The notes beneath the pieces are model-generated. The model was not told the origin of the DNA. It ran no database searches and was given only the letters and a program-made list of their open reading frames with translations. DNA of 64,000 nucleotides from Gracilinanus agilis (Eukaryota). The position numbers were made by a program, and so were the translations under genes. Location: positions 174,658,486 through 174,722,485 of the forward strand of contig NC_058135.1 of NCBI RefSeq assembly GCF_016433145.1, read 5' to 3'. Every line of letters starts with the position of its first letter. Positions within the stretch are counted from its first letter, which is position 1. Below are positions 1-12,645 of the stretch, in pieces.

Positions 1-155
1 AGCACACATCAGTGTCTTGCAGAGAAGAATCATCTCAATAGAGAATGCACACATGGCATCCATCCTGTTATCCAGAGCTTGTTTTCAGCTTCTTGGGATG
101 GCTGGTCATTTGTATGACCAACATGTGGAGCATCAGCTCTGCGGTGGTGCACAAG

Positions 156-158
<3 letters not shown>
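1..158 (-). mobile_element. Degraded RTE LINE fragment (RT C-terminal region)
   Basis: A minus frame gives ...SIEMILLCKTLMCA, resembling the RTE SIEAMLLKAQLRWAGH motif; interrupted by stops. Confidence 0.35.

Positions 159-206
<48 letters not shown>
159..206. repeat. (GT)24 microsatellite
   Basis: Perfect dinucleotide run read directly. Confidence 0.98.
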
Positions 207-208
<2 letters not shown>

Positions 209-1464
209 TTGAGGTGGCTTCTTTCTCCCCCACAAAATTCATTTCCAGTTAAGCTAATTAAGTAAGTGCTTGTTTACAAATGAGGCTCTTTGCCTTGCTT
301 TGATAAGTGACTTGGAGGTACTGTAGAAAAGAACAAGAAGCCTTCAGGAAATGTATCTGACAAACTCAGAGGATGCTGGTAGCAGATCAGCGGAGAGTAG
401 AGTGTTCAGAATCACCTCGAGGTTGTAAGTAATTCCTAATTGCACATTTTCATTGGGTTTGTGTCCTCTTTGTCTGCTGCACCTTTATTGGCCTCCCACT
501 CTTCTGAGTCGCTGTAGCCTTCCTGCTAGAATCACAAAGGCAATAATAATAAGCATGGAGTACTCTGAAATCTGGCTTGGGAGTGGTGAAATAAATACTT
601 GGCCCTAAAGAGGTGTCATGCTGTTAGATAGGAGGGTGACTGGGGCCAAGGTTTGGAACTCGTGATCCCTGAAGCTTCAAGGTTTTCATAAAGAACTAGA
701 ATCCATTAGAGAGCTTCTGTTTTCTCCTTCACGTGTCACTAATTTCTCCTCTGGAACAACTTAGTAAGCCATTCAAGTAGAAAAAGTCTTTGCTCTAGAT
801 CATATGATCCAGCAAGTCCATTCCGGCCAAATCTCAGAGTTCAAGGTAAAGCAATTTTTTTTAATATAATGAAAGGGAAGCTGGATCTGAAAAGTTAGAC
901 TTAGCACTGACAGGGCTCTCGGCCCAGAGTTTGGCTGATGTCTAGAAATAGTGCAAGGCGCAACTTGCCAGAAATGGCCCGTGTTCTTCCTTGTCTAACC
1001 TTATCTCAAATTAATTATTTTTGCTATATCATTTTTTCTTGGTTTAGTTTTTAGAAATTAATGTAGTGAAACTATGATGGCATGAAAAAGATTGCTTTAA
1101 TTTTGGTGTATCTGAAAAGAAATCTGTTTTTAATAGGGACTGAATTTTTATCCTGTTTTTGTCTTCCCCAAATTATACCTTGGATCAATTTGTTGGTCAC
1201 GAAATGCAATGTTACTGAAGTAGATTTTGTAACATAATGAAATCAATATTAACCTGAAATGGCCTGATTCAGTCCTAGCAAACACATTATTTTTACCCTG
1301 TACTGTCCTCCAGGTACCAGACATTTGCATCTTATTCTGCTTCATATAACCTAAAGTGGTCAGTTTCCCATGAAAAATATGTTTCCAAGGAAATGCAGGT
1401 TAGTCCAACTGAACACAACCAATTCAATTCAACAAGCATTTTAAAAGATTATTGATTCTTTTCA

Positions 1465-2095
1465 TTTTAATATGACCTTGATTTCTAAATATCTTTTCTC
1501 CCTCCCCTCCTCAGTAAACCATCTCATATAACAAAGAAGTCAAAAGACAAAGAAAAAATGTTTTTGCAAAACTGACCAACAAATTAACCAACTCTAATAT
1601 TACATGCAATTGTTTTACACCCACAATTTCCCTTTGCAAAGAAGGATAAAGATTCACATTTTTCTTTTCTTGGGTCAAAATTGGTCATTCTCATTATACA
1701 ACATATAGCTTTATCTTCTTTCCATTTACAACTTTAGAGTCATTGTCTATTACATTTTCTTAGTTCTTCTAATTTTACTCTGCATCAGTTTTTTGTGCTT
1801 CTTTGTGCTTCTCTGTATTCTTGATATTCATAATTTCTTATGGCATAATAACATCCCATTATATTCATAGCCCTCAGTTTATTGTAACCATTTCCCATCT
1901 GATGATCATTGACTTTGTTTCCAATTCTTTGGTAGCAAAAAAAAGGCTACTAAGAACATTTTGGTGTTTTTGAAATCTTTTTGTCTTTGATTTGTGCCGA
2001 GCAATGAAATCCGTGGGTCAAGGTGGGGAGTGGATATTTAGTCACAGCCTAATTTTGAGTTGTTTCCATAATGTTTGAACCACTCCACAATTCTT
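1465..2095 (-). mobile_element. L1 3' region fragment (marsupial L1)
   Basis: Typical antisense L1 3' motifs (ctcccctcc...ataacaaag, ttgtttccaattctttg, ccactccacaa). Confidence 0.7.
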
Positions 2096-2109
2096 CCAAC
2101 TGTATATTA

Positions 2110-3150
2110 ATCATTCAGCAATCATTTACTAGATACTTATAATGCATCAGGCTCCGTACTAAGTGATAGGAATATTATATAAAAGTGTAGCCTCTATCTT
2201 CAGGGTGCTCACATTCTAATGAGAGGAGAGAATAAGCAAAACTGTATGTACAAGATAAATACAGGGTTACTAAGAAAGTAATCTCAGGGGGAGGGCATTA
2301 TTGGGATTGGGGCAAGGGTGATTTGGTAAAGTCTTCTGCAAAAAGAGGGATTTAAGGGGTTTTGAAGTAAGCTAGGAGGGGAAGGTGAGAAGGGAGGACA
2401 TTTCTAGCTTGGGGGGATAGTGGAAAACCCCAGGGGTAAGGAATGGCAAGAAGGTCAATGCTGCTTAATCATAGAGTATGTGGAGAGAAGTCAGGTGTTG
2501 GGAGATGGAGGATCTTAGAAGGGGAACAACCAGGAGGCCATTGTTTTGGATTGCAGAATATGTGGAATGGAGCAACAGGTGAGAAGCCTGGAAAAGTAGG
2601 AAGGGGCCAGGGATTGAAAGGCTTAAAAAACTAAAAAGAGAATTTTGTAATACGATATTAGGGAATTGAATGGAGAGGTGACATGGTCAGATCTGTTCTT
2701 TCTCTTTGACAGCTGAGTGAAGAATGGATCCAAGTAGGGTGAGATTTTGATGACTGTTTCAGTAATTCAAGCATAAGAGGATGATAATCTGCATATCAAA
2801 GTCTGAAAAATGTGAATGGAGGGAAGGGGGGGCATATATGAGATTGATTGTGAAGGTAGAAATAACAAGGCTTGGTGAGAGATGGATATGTAGGATGGGA
2901 TGAACATGAGCAGGGAGTAGTCAGGGATGGTACCAAGCCTGGTGATCAGAAGGATGGTGGTACCGGGAACAGTAATAGGGAAGTTGGGCTGATGTGATTG
3001 TGATGGTGGTTCAATTTTTGGACATTTTGAATCTTAGATGACCAGTGGGCATCCGGTTCAAGATGTGTTTGGGATTGGAGTTCAGGAAAGAGATTAGGTT
3101 GGATATAAAGATCTGGGAATGATCTGTATTGAGATAATTGAGTCCATATT
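2110..3150 (-). mobile_element. L2 LINE fragment
   Basis: Starts with the antisense L2 tail (cattcagcaatcatttact...gtgctcacattcta), then purine-rich L2 body. Confidence 0.75.
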
Positions 3151-4626
3151 CAGTAAAGTGGCTGTCTTGCCTTTTCCCGTACAATACTATTTCTGTATTT
3201 TGTTACCTTTACCAATTTGCTGGGTTAGGAGTAAAACTTTAGAATTATTTGGATCTGTACATTTCCTTTATTATCAGTGATTTGAGAAGTCTTTTAATTA
3301 GCTGTTTATAATTTGCCATTTTTCTTTTTGAGAACAGTTTATTTGTGTCCTTCAGCTACTCTATTAGGGAATTGCTTTTAGTCTTATATGTAATTGTGCT
3401 CATCTTCTATAAATTTTAAATATCAGATCATTATCAGGGAAATTTGATGCAAAGATATTCTCCCCAAATGACAGCTTCCCCTCTTGCACTCCTTTTGCAA
3501 ATGTCAGAGCTCTTCGTTTTGAATACTTTTTAAAGATTCCAACCACAAATAAATCAAATAAGATTAAGGTTAGGGGTTGGTAGAATTCCTTTGGCATGAC
3601 TCAAGAGTCAGATTTAGAGCTGCAAGGGAGGTCATTTAGTCCAACATTTTCCTTTTATAGAAGAAGAAACTGAAAGATATAAAATTCAATACCCAACAGG
3701 TAATAAGTGGTCAATACCACATTCAAATCTAGGCCCTCTGTGCCCTGGTCATATTCCCCAGTTCCCTTCTATACTCATAGATACTTGTTTGTAATCTTCC
3801 CTGTAACTATCTCTAGATCTCATTCCCTCTGTGGGGAAAGGGACTATCTGGTCTTCTAGGTCTATATCTAGTCCACTCTCTTTATTTTAGACATAAGAAA
3901 ACTGACATCAGAGGAAGGAAGTGGCCATCTCTATTAAGTAACAAAGCTGTACTTTAGACCCAACCACTCTCAGCTCTTTCCACAGCATCGCTCAAGTGAA
4001 AAGACTGTCTGCTTCCAGAGAGCAGGAACTGGTCTTGGTGCTGCTGCTGCTGCTGCCGCCAGTGGTTTTCATGTTTTGTTTTTGCCGTTCTTTGATCCCT
4101 AGCACTTAGCATAGTGCCTGGCCCATAAGAAGCTTTTGATAAATAGGAGTTGGCTGACTAAAGGCTTTCAACTTTCAAAATCTTGGAAATTTATTCTAAG
4201 TAGGAAAAATTAACCTGCAGAAGGAAAACCCTATGATTCATGAAAGTTACTCTCTCTCAATGCCCTGCATTGGTTTGTTGTGTGTGTGTATGTGGTTTTT
4301 TTTGTCTGTAATAGACCATAGTTTTAAAATCTTATCTCATTTTAAAACCTTTTCTACTGTTAATCACACACTACTCAGTTCCTTCTCCTCTGAGGGGTGA
4401 AGATTGAATTATTAATCTATGTACTTGTGTGTTCCTATTAACTAATTGATTGCTGATTCCATAGTTTTATTAGTGATTGCATTCTCTAGCAGTATTTGTA
4501 ATGATCAGATCTTCTCTAGAGACCATATAATAAAGTGATCAGGAGTCCAAAATGAGTGGGAGTCAGGGTTCAAGCATTCTCGCTCTCTCTCTGATATAGA
4601 TTGGTACCATTTGGACTTGGTATGAT

Positions 4627-4767
4627 NNNNNNNNNNNNNNNNNNNNNNNNNNNNNNNNNNNNNNNNNNNNNNNNNNNNNNNNNNNNNNNNNNNNNNNNNN
4701 NNNNNNNNNNNNNNNNNNNNNNNNNNNNNNNNNNNNNNNNNNNNNNNNNNNNNNNNNNNNNNNNNNN
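4627..4767. other. Assembly gap (141 N)
   Basis: Run of N. Confidence 0.99.
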
Positions 4768-5007
4768 TAGGACTGTGATAAGAATTATTTCTGGAAAGAA
4801 CTTTGAGTTCACCAGATATAATTATAGAAATATTCATTTCATTTCTTTGCAAGAAATGATATTTCTTTGTTCCTATGGAACATTGAGATGGGGGAAGTAA
4901 TTTATAATTGATGAAATTCTTTTAAGCATTCTTTTCCAAGGCCATTATTGGCTCTTCTAGACAGAGAAGCAGATTGACCTCTCTCACTTGCCTGCCCACT
5001 TGCCACT

Positions 5008-5206
5008 GTGTGGTGGAATAGAGCACAGTATTTGGAGTCACAAAGACCTGGATTTGAATCCTATTTTAGCTCCTTACTAGCTTTTTAATCCTCAGCAAGT
5101 CACTAAAACCTCAGTTCAGTTTCCCATCTATAAAGTAGAGATAACAATAGAACTTACATTACAGTGTTATTGTGAAGATCAAATGAGATAGTACTATAAA
5201 TGTTAG
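5008..5206 (+). mobile_element. MIR-family CORE-SINE
   Basis: tRNA-like head (agacctggatttgaatc), CORE (caagtcact...ctcagtt...catctataaa), tail (gatcaaatgagata). Confidence 0.8.
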
Positions 5207-6840
5207 TAACCAGATTATTTTTATAGAAGCCACTTGGCCAACCCTAAATTGCTATGTAGACATTAGTTATCCTCATCATCATCATCATTATAAAATTAAA
5301 AGCCAAGAGAATGTGTAGACTCTCTACTTCCAGATGACACTTCTTGACTATAATGTAGAAGAAAAAACAATGCATTGAATTCAGAAGAGACCTTTAAAAA
5401 AAATTCTAAGCTCTGACCCTGCAAGATCTTAAGAAAGTCAAGGAACTGTAGATTTTGAGAAGGAACAAGACATCATTAGAGGGCATCTAGTCCAACCTTT
5501 TCATTTTGAAGATGATGAAACTGAGTCCCAGAGATTTTCAAGGACTTGCTAAATAGAAGTATGGATTTGAATTCAGGTCCTATGACTAATCCTTCAACTC
5601 TCTACTTACTGTGCTATCCTGCTTTCTTAAATCATTTAATTCCTCTTAACTTCATTTGCTTTCTTTGCAAAATGATGAAGAGGAGAACGATTCTATTGGC
5701 TGTCTACCATGCAAGGTAAAAAAGAACTTTGGAAATATTAAATCCCCCTCAAAATGATGTAGAGTTGTTACAGCCAAGGGGTGGCTTTGTGGTCTCCCTA
5801 TATGTAACCACCTACTTTTTACTCTAAAAATGGCTCAATCTGGAAAAGCCAAGTGTGGTACTCACTGAAGAGCTAACAGAAGCTGCTTTGGTCCTCTTGC
5901 TTTTAATTTCAGAGAGGAATAAGAGGCAGCCACGTTATTGATGCTTGGTGTGGTAGCATTGTGGCCTGAAAGGGATCTCTTCCCACAGTTTTATCAGAAT
6001 GTGTTTGTTTTGGTTTTTCCTTGTTAAGATGCTATCATGAAGTTGCTTCCATTTCCACCAACTGTATTGATCTCCTGTGTATGTTTAGTTTTTATCTATT
6101 CTGTGTAATGACTGCCACTGTTGGAGACCCAATCGATCCTGAGGAAATGCTAACTGGCTGCTGTGTTATTTTTGGCATAGGAAGAGGAAATTTCAAATGG
6201 CTATCAGCTGCCCTGTAAATAGAGGAGCAGCAGAAAACTAGCCAAAAGTCAGCCTGTTTTGGAGCAACAACCATGTGAATTGCTTGGAGTTCTTTGCATT
6301 ATTAAATCTTGGTTATCATTCACTTCCTTGAAGAAATATTTTTCAAGGAAACACTACATTGATGTATCACTTAAAATTTTTTTTGGTGCCTGAAACCCTA
6401 GATCTATTATATAATTTTTAAAGTAACATATTATGCTTCTTACTTTAAAAAGTCACTTTCTATTTAGCGTATCAAATGATCAAGATTAGCTTCTGGTTGG
6501 TCACAAGTTCCATCGGAAGTGACAATATTACAGGGAAGTTTAAAAAAAGCCATCACCAAAAAAAAAACCAAAAAACCCAAAACTGAGGTTGTGTTAAAAG
6601 AAGGATCGAGACCTAGTCGTGTAATCTTGTTATTCTACATTCTGACCTTAATTATAGCAATTAGGGTATAAAGGAGTAGAGCAGACTCTATCAGGTAGGT
6701 TGCAATCAATTCTAGGAGCCAATAGTAGTGCCTTATATTTATAGATGGCAATTGGGGGTTTTTACAGCATCTTCCAATTTCAGTCCAACTTTCTCATCTT
6801 GGTACTGCAGTCTGCCTTTAACATAATCCCTCCCCCAGCT

Positions 6841-7075
6841 AATAATAACAATAATAGAATTGCTAGAGTTTCTGTGCCACCTACTGTACTCTAGATACTA
6901 TACCAAACGCTTTACAGATATCGTTTCATTTGATCCTCACAAATCCTGGGAGATTGATGCTATTATCTAAGTTGAGACAAATGGGGATTAAGTGTTTGTC
7001 CAAAGTCACATAGCTTCCATAGTAAGTATCTGAGTCAAAATTTGAACTCGGGTCTTCTTGACCCACTGCACTGCT
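6841..7075 (-). mobile_element. MIR-family SINE
   Basis: Antisense MIR motifs: tttcatttgatcctcacaa, gtccaaagtcacatagc, tttgaactcgggtcttct. Confidence 0.75.
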
Positions 7076-7595
7076 GAAAGCTGCCCCAAGCTTTAGGACA
7101 CTTGTCACTATATAGTGATTTTGCCTATTGAAAGTCTTACAGTTACCTTTTTTCATTTGAACCTCTCCCAGCAATCTCAACGTAGAATCTGAATGATGAG
7201 GAAACTGAAGCTCAGAATTAATTTATACTTGGTCCCACAGCTAGTGAATTTTGGAGCCAGGACTTGACCAGAGTATTCTGACTCTGAATCCAATATTTGC
7301 TGTTAGCTTCATATATTCTCTCCAATTAACCAACAAGAAATGATCTGTTGTGATGTGAAGGGTAGTCATAAAAAAGGGACCCTCATACTCTGAAATCTTG
7401 CATTTCTCACCAGCTAGCACTAGGTAAGCATGAAGAGCAGCATTAGCCAAGATCAGCTGTAAAATCCGTATTGTTGATCAGTTATCATCAGTCACTTTTT
7501 CTGGGCAATCTGTCTTATTAATTACTCATATTGTTCTGTATTTACTTTAGTTCAGAACTATAAGACATAATTAATTACCTACAATAGTCCTCCAA

Positions 7596-8204
7596 TGTAC
7601 CGCATTCCCTGCCTCTCTTTTATAATCTCATTCCAGAAGGGCAGCGAGACTCTCCCACAATGACAGATAATGACAGGATAGACAGTGGGGAATAGGGGAC
7701 CTTCACGCCAGGGACTCTGGCATTCCAGATGAATCCCCAAGCCTACGTGTGCTCCTTATTGCCTATGGCATACACGGCAAACCCTGAAACACACCTTCAC
7801 CTAAATTTGGCCATGCCCATTTTTCTAGGGACTTGGGGAGAGGTGCAGATTTCTCTGGAATGGGAGATGACTAGTCTAGATGGCTAGACCCTACTAACTA
7901 GAGCAACCCTGATCCACAGATGGCTGGAAGCTGCTTCTCCTCGCCTGGGGCTGCCACTTCTCACCTGGATAGTGATGCCATTAGCTCCAGGGAGGCTACT
8001 CTGCTAGCTCCTGGGCTTATCCATCACCCCTAAGGTTACTGATTAGCCCCAGACAATTCCATCAGCTATTAGGTTATTATACCACTATAAACCTCTTCTA
8101 ATTCAAATAAAATTATTTTTTTTTATTTTCTGGATTTAATAGAATTTGAGTCTTTCATTCTTGGGGTGAGACCCTAGTCCAGACTTGGGTGTGTTTCTCC
8201 CACA
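7596..8204 (+). mobile_element. Putative solo LTR
   Basis: About 610-bp GC-richer block bounded by TGT...ACA, with TATAAA at 8086, AATAAA at 8106 and a U5-like gagtctttcattcttggggtgagaccc; no clean 4-6 bp TSD. Confidence 0.45.
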
Positions 8205-10090
8205 ATTGCCTACAACATACCAAACATGGTGCTAGACTACAAGGGTAAAGAATGAATACTCTCACGGAGCTTACTTACTAATGAAGGAGAAGTGTGTGTG
8301 CATGTATGTGATATCTGTTTATATGACATAAATACCTAGAGAATGGGTCTAAAATTAATCAGTACAGAATAGTTAAATGACAAGATACTTAGGATTAGCA
8401 CTAGAAGTGACCACCCTGAGGTCTACCTTTTGCTTTTTAAAAATTTTTTTAAGTTTATTTATTTAATAAATTAAATTAGAATATTTTCCCCATGCTTACA
8501 TGATTTTTTCTCTTTTTTTAAAGCTTATTTAATTAATTTATTAATTTTGAGTGCTGGAATATAGCCTTTCTCACCTCCACTTCATGGAGTCCCCCTCTTC
8601 CTTTAAACTCGGACGCTATCTTCTTTTGCAAAAAGCAAAAGGTAGCTTGATCACATGGGTCAATGGGGACATGATTGGGGATGTAGACTCTAATGGATCA
8701 CCCTAGTGAAAATATGAATAATACGGAACTGAATCTTGATCAGTGACACATATAAAACCCAGGAATTGCTCTTTGTTTATGGGAGAGAGTTGGGAGGAGG
8801 GGAGAGAAAGAACATGATTCATGGAACCATGGAAAAGCACCCCAAAATAAATAAATAAATAAGCTTTAAAAAAAGAGAAAAATGAAGTGGAGGCTAATAG
8901 AAGGACAGTGAGGTAGGAACTGGAGTGCCCTGAGAGCAATAAAGAAAAGTCCAGTTTGGTTAAATCCCAGAATGGAGCAGGAATGATAGGACAGTCATGG
9001 CCATTAAGGGGGAAGAGATAGACTATGCTACGGTCAGACAGGGCTTTTAAAAGCTAAACAGAGTTGCTTATATTGTATCCTGGATGTAACGGGGAGCCGA
9101 TGGAATTATTGAACAGGGGAGTCATGCGACCGGGTTAGCAATTGAGGGAAATTTCTTGGCACAGTGTGGGCAGTGATCTAGAGTGGTCAGAGGCTTGAGA
9201 AAGGAGACCAATGAGGAGCCGCTGGCTGTAATCTAGGGAGGAGGTGAGAGGGACTTCATCTGGGCGAGCTGAGAGATGGGGTCAGATGGGAGAGTTAGTG
9301 TTGGCTTTGGCATCTCCAGTGCTTGGCACAGTGCCTGCTATGTAGGTGCTTAAGGAATATTGATTGATTGATTGATTGATTGATTAAGTAGAATTGATAG
9401 AAATCTTTCAGCTCACTCGTTTTAAAGGCAAAGATTTCTCCCACTTCTACTGTAGGGATGGGATTTTTGGCTCTCTTTATTATTACACTACCCAATGGCT
9501 ATGTGGGGTAAAGGAGGATTGAGAGTCAAGAGTAATGCTGAGGTTATAATCCCAGGAGGCTGGAGGGAAGTGTGGTAGTGCCTTTGACAGAAATAGGGAA
9601 GCTTGAAGAAGAGGTTTTCTGGGAAAGATAATGAACTCAGCTTTGGACATGTTGACTTTGAATTTAAGGTGTCTTCAGGACATCTAGTTTAAAATGTCTA
9701 ATTGACGATGACTGATTCAGGACAAGACAGGCTTGATAAGGTTCCTGAGGGAGCAGCGTTGACAAAGAGAGGGGAGTAGAGATAGAGGTGGGAGTGGAGT
9801 TGGAGACTAAATGAGTCCAGTTGAACCCTTTGTGAAATGGCCATGCAGGCTAAGGAGTCACCCTTACAACCCTGGGGAGCTGGTTTCCCCAAAGGAAGGA
9901 CCAGAATGTTAAGGGGTCCAGCAGCTGTGTCATGAGGGATAATTGAGTAGCAAAACCTGGAGAACAATGTATAAGAACAGGAAGTATTATGGAATGATCA
10001 GCTGTTTCTCAGCAATATAGTGATTGAGGACAATTCTGAGGAATTTATGACAAAGAATGCTATCTCCACCAGAGAAAGATCTGTTGGAGT
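8205..10090 (-). mobile_element. L2 LINE fragment interrupted by L1 stubs and an L2/MIR tail with (TTGA)6 at 9360-9383
   Basis: Antisense L2 purine-rich motifs (ccagtttgg, ggagaccaatgaggag, gctttggacatgttgactttg). Confidence 0.7.
8645..8875 (+). mobile_element. L1 3' end with A-rich tail
   Basis: gattggggatgtagactcta...aagaacatgattcatg...aataaataaat; shares a 20-mer with the stub at 52107. Confidence 0.85.
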
Positions 10091-10514
10091 TGAAATACAG
10101 ATCAAAGCCTATAATTTTTTTATTTTATTTTATTTTTATTTTTATTTTTATTTTGAGTTTCTGGTTTCATATGATTATTCTCTTACAAAAATGAACAATG
10201 TGGAAATATGTTTTAAATGATAATACATGTATAACTCAGATTGAATTACTTGCCAGCTCTGGGAAGTGGGGAGGGAAAGGAAGGAAGAGACAATTTGGAT
10301 CACATAAATTTGGAAAACTTATGTGGAAATTTGTTATTACATGTAATTGGTTAAATAAAACATATTTACAAATAATAAAAATAAATGCTTCCATTTTGTT
10401 GTATTTGAGACCTTTTTCTTTATCAGTAACTCCCTTTGAACATATGCCTTACAGCAGAATTTCTGAGTCAAAGGTAACAAACATTTAGATCCTTTCTTAG
10501 ATACAATTGATTTT

Positions 10515-10685
10515 TTTTTATTTTTTTTTTTATTTTAAACCCTTAACTTCTGTGTATTGACTTATAGGTGGAAGAGTGGTAAGGGTAGGCAATGGGGGTC
10601 AAGTGACTTGCCCAGGGTCACACAGCTGGGAAGTGTCTGAGGCCAGATTTGAACCTAGGACCTACCGTCTCTAGGCCTGGCTCTC
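10515..10685 (-). mobile_element. 5'-truncated SINE1-type CORE-SINE with TSD
   Basis: TSD GATACAATTGATTTT at 10500-10514 and 10686-10700; poly-A tail; lacks about 26 nt of the head. Confidence 0.92.
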
Positions 10686-11188
10686 GATACAATTGATTTT
10701 TGAACTTAAATGTGAGACTTCATATTTATCCTTGTTGCATTTTATCTCATTCATTTTGACCATTTATTTTAGCCTCTTAATATACTTTTGTCTGATTCTG
10801 TCATCCAATTTACTAGTTATTTCCTTTCCTTATTTCTATTATTTGCCTTTAGAATAGGCATTGTTTTCCTAAAGTGTTAATTATAATCATTTATAAAAAG
10901 GTCAGTCTGGACAGGGTAAGAACTGGAATCTGTGACGGAGCACTAGAGGGACCCTTTCGGATTCCCCTGAGCCAGTCAACAGCTCTTCTACTGTTGTTCT
11001 TTAGTTATGAATCTACAAGTGCCTGTGGTTGTGCCACTTTTCCCCACCACATCCATAAGGCTGTCATGAAAGATTGTTCCCATTGGAAAATTGGGTTCTA
11101 TGTTACAATTGTATCCTTTCCTCAAGTCACAAGAGTCTTGAGTTTGGGTAATAAATGAAGTATAGAATTTCTTTTAAAGTGAAAATGC

Positions 11189-11202
11189 CTGCCACCTAGT
11201 GG
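11189..11202 (-). promoter_or_regulatory. Candidate CTCF site CCACTAGGTGGCAG
   Basis: Fits the core consensus CCACYAGRKGGCRS; not inside a repeat I recognise. Confidence 0.5.
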
Positions 11203-11959
11203 ATCTATCAGAAGACAATCAGCTGACTGGACAAGTTAGCAGCCCATAGGAAACAAAAGCACTGATTTTCTCTTGCTTAGGTATTTATAGCAAGTCATCT
11301 ACCTCACAGAAAATTTAGATAATGATATAATTAGCCTCTATTTCAGAGTTACTAATACCTTTACTGTACAGTTTTTAAATTCTTTCCCCCATAATGTTTT
11401 TTTCAAGATGCTCTGGAATTCTTTTTGAGAAATTTTTATTTGACTGTATTTATTTTTCTGGAACAGGATAAACAATACTTATTTTATATTAAGTCAAAAT
11501 GACCTTTAATTATTCAACTTTAATTAGATCATTTGGCAAAATTTATTATTTCTGACTTTTTCCCCTCCTCTTCCTCTCTTCTTTTCTTCCTCCCTCCCAC
11601 TGAATTTGAAGGGAGATGGAGGGCAAGGCCATCATCACAGACTTTTTAAAAAATGGCAGCAGTCCCCAAAGAAAGCCATTTGGAGAACACGTGGAACTCC
11701 AGACCATTGCTATTATTTCCTGATGGAACATTGCTGTCTGACCCTGGAGCATATCTCTCTTCCCTTCCAACTCTTTTTTTTTTTAAATCTTCGTACTGTG
11801 TCTCTTCTGATCCAGACAGTGTTTAGTGACTCTGGCTTATCATATGATGTTTCTGGCAGACATACCTTGCCCCCCGCCAGTAAAGCTTTGACCTATACCA
11901 TTGGGAATTATCAGACTGGCTAGATAGTAGTTTGTCTGAAAAAAGATACGGGTATTTTA

Positions 11960-12078
11960 TTTTATTTAATTAATGAATTTAGAATATTTTTCCATGGTTA
12001 CATGATTCATGTTCTTTCCCTCCTCTCCCTTCCTGCCCCCTCCCATAGCCAACACGCAATTCAACTAGGTTTTACAAG
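11960..12078 (-). mobile_element. L1 3' stub with TSD
   Basis: TSD aaagatacgggtatttta (11942-11959) / aaagatagaggtatttta (12079-12096), 16 of 18 identical. Confidence 0.85.
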
Positions 12079-12246
12079 AAAGATAGAGGTATTTTAGTGA
12101 ACTGGATATTCTATGTAAGTCAGCAATATGTATGGCAGTCAAAAAAATAAAAAAGCCAATGCCATTCTTTTGCTGTATTAAGGAAGCCTAGAAATAAGGA
12201 GATGATGGTCCTATTGCTCTTTGCCCTAGTCAGACAGTATTTAGAG

Positions 12247-12645
12247 CAAAGGTTCTTAACTTTTTCTATGTCGTGGACCCCTTCAGCAGTCAAGTGAAAC
12301 CTATAGATGTCTTCGGAGAATAAAAAATGTCTTTAAATGCTTAAAATCAAATATTCAGGAGTTAGCTAGATGGCTCAGTGGATAGAGAGCCAAGCCTAGA
12401 GATGGGAGGTCATGGGTTCAAACCCCAATTGCCTAACCTTTACCACTCTTCTGCCTTGGAACCAATACCTAGTATCAATTCTAAGACAGAAGGTAAGGTT
12501 TTATTTTTAAAAAATCAAATACTCAGGATTATAAGTAAAGCCACTTATGTTAAAATATTTATCAAGATATTTATTGATATCAAGAAATATCAAGATATTT
12601 CAAAGTGACAAAAATTTTTCAGGACTCTTAATAAGAACATATTCT
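12247..12645. mobile_element. Non-autonomous hAT/Charlie-type MITE, interrupted by a SINE
   Basis: Left end caaaggttcttaac; body gtggaccccttcagcagtcaagtgaaacctat; degenerate right end near taagaac; same family as 40021. Confidence 0.7.
12361..12510 (+). mobile_element. MAR1/SINE1-type SINE with internal deletion and TSD
   Basis: TSD aaaatcaaatattcagga (12343-12360) / aaaatcaaatactcagga (12511-12528); about 55 nt of CORE missing after ggttcaaa. Confidence 0.88.

Noticed and set aside
4505-4900. ORFs spanning the gap at 4627-4767 (likewise 46771-47079)
   Set aside because: Open only because N runs contain no stop codons.
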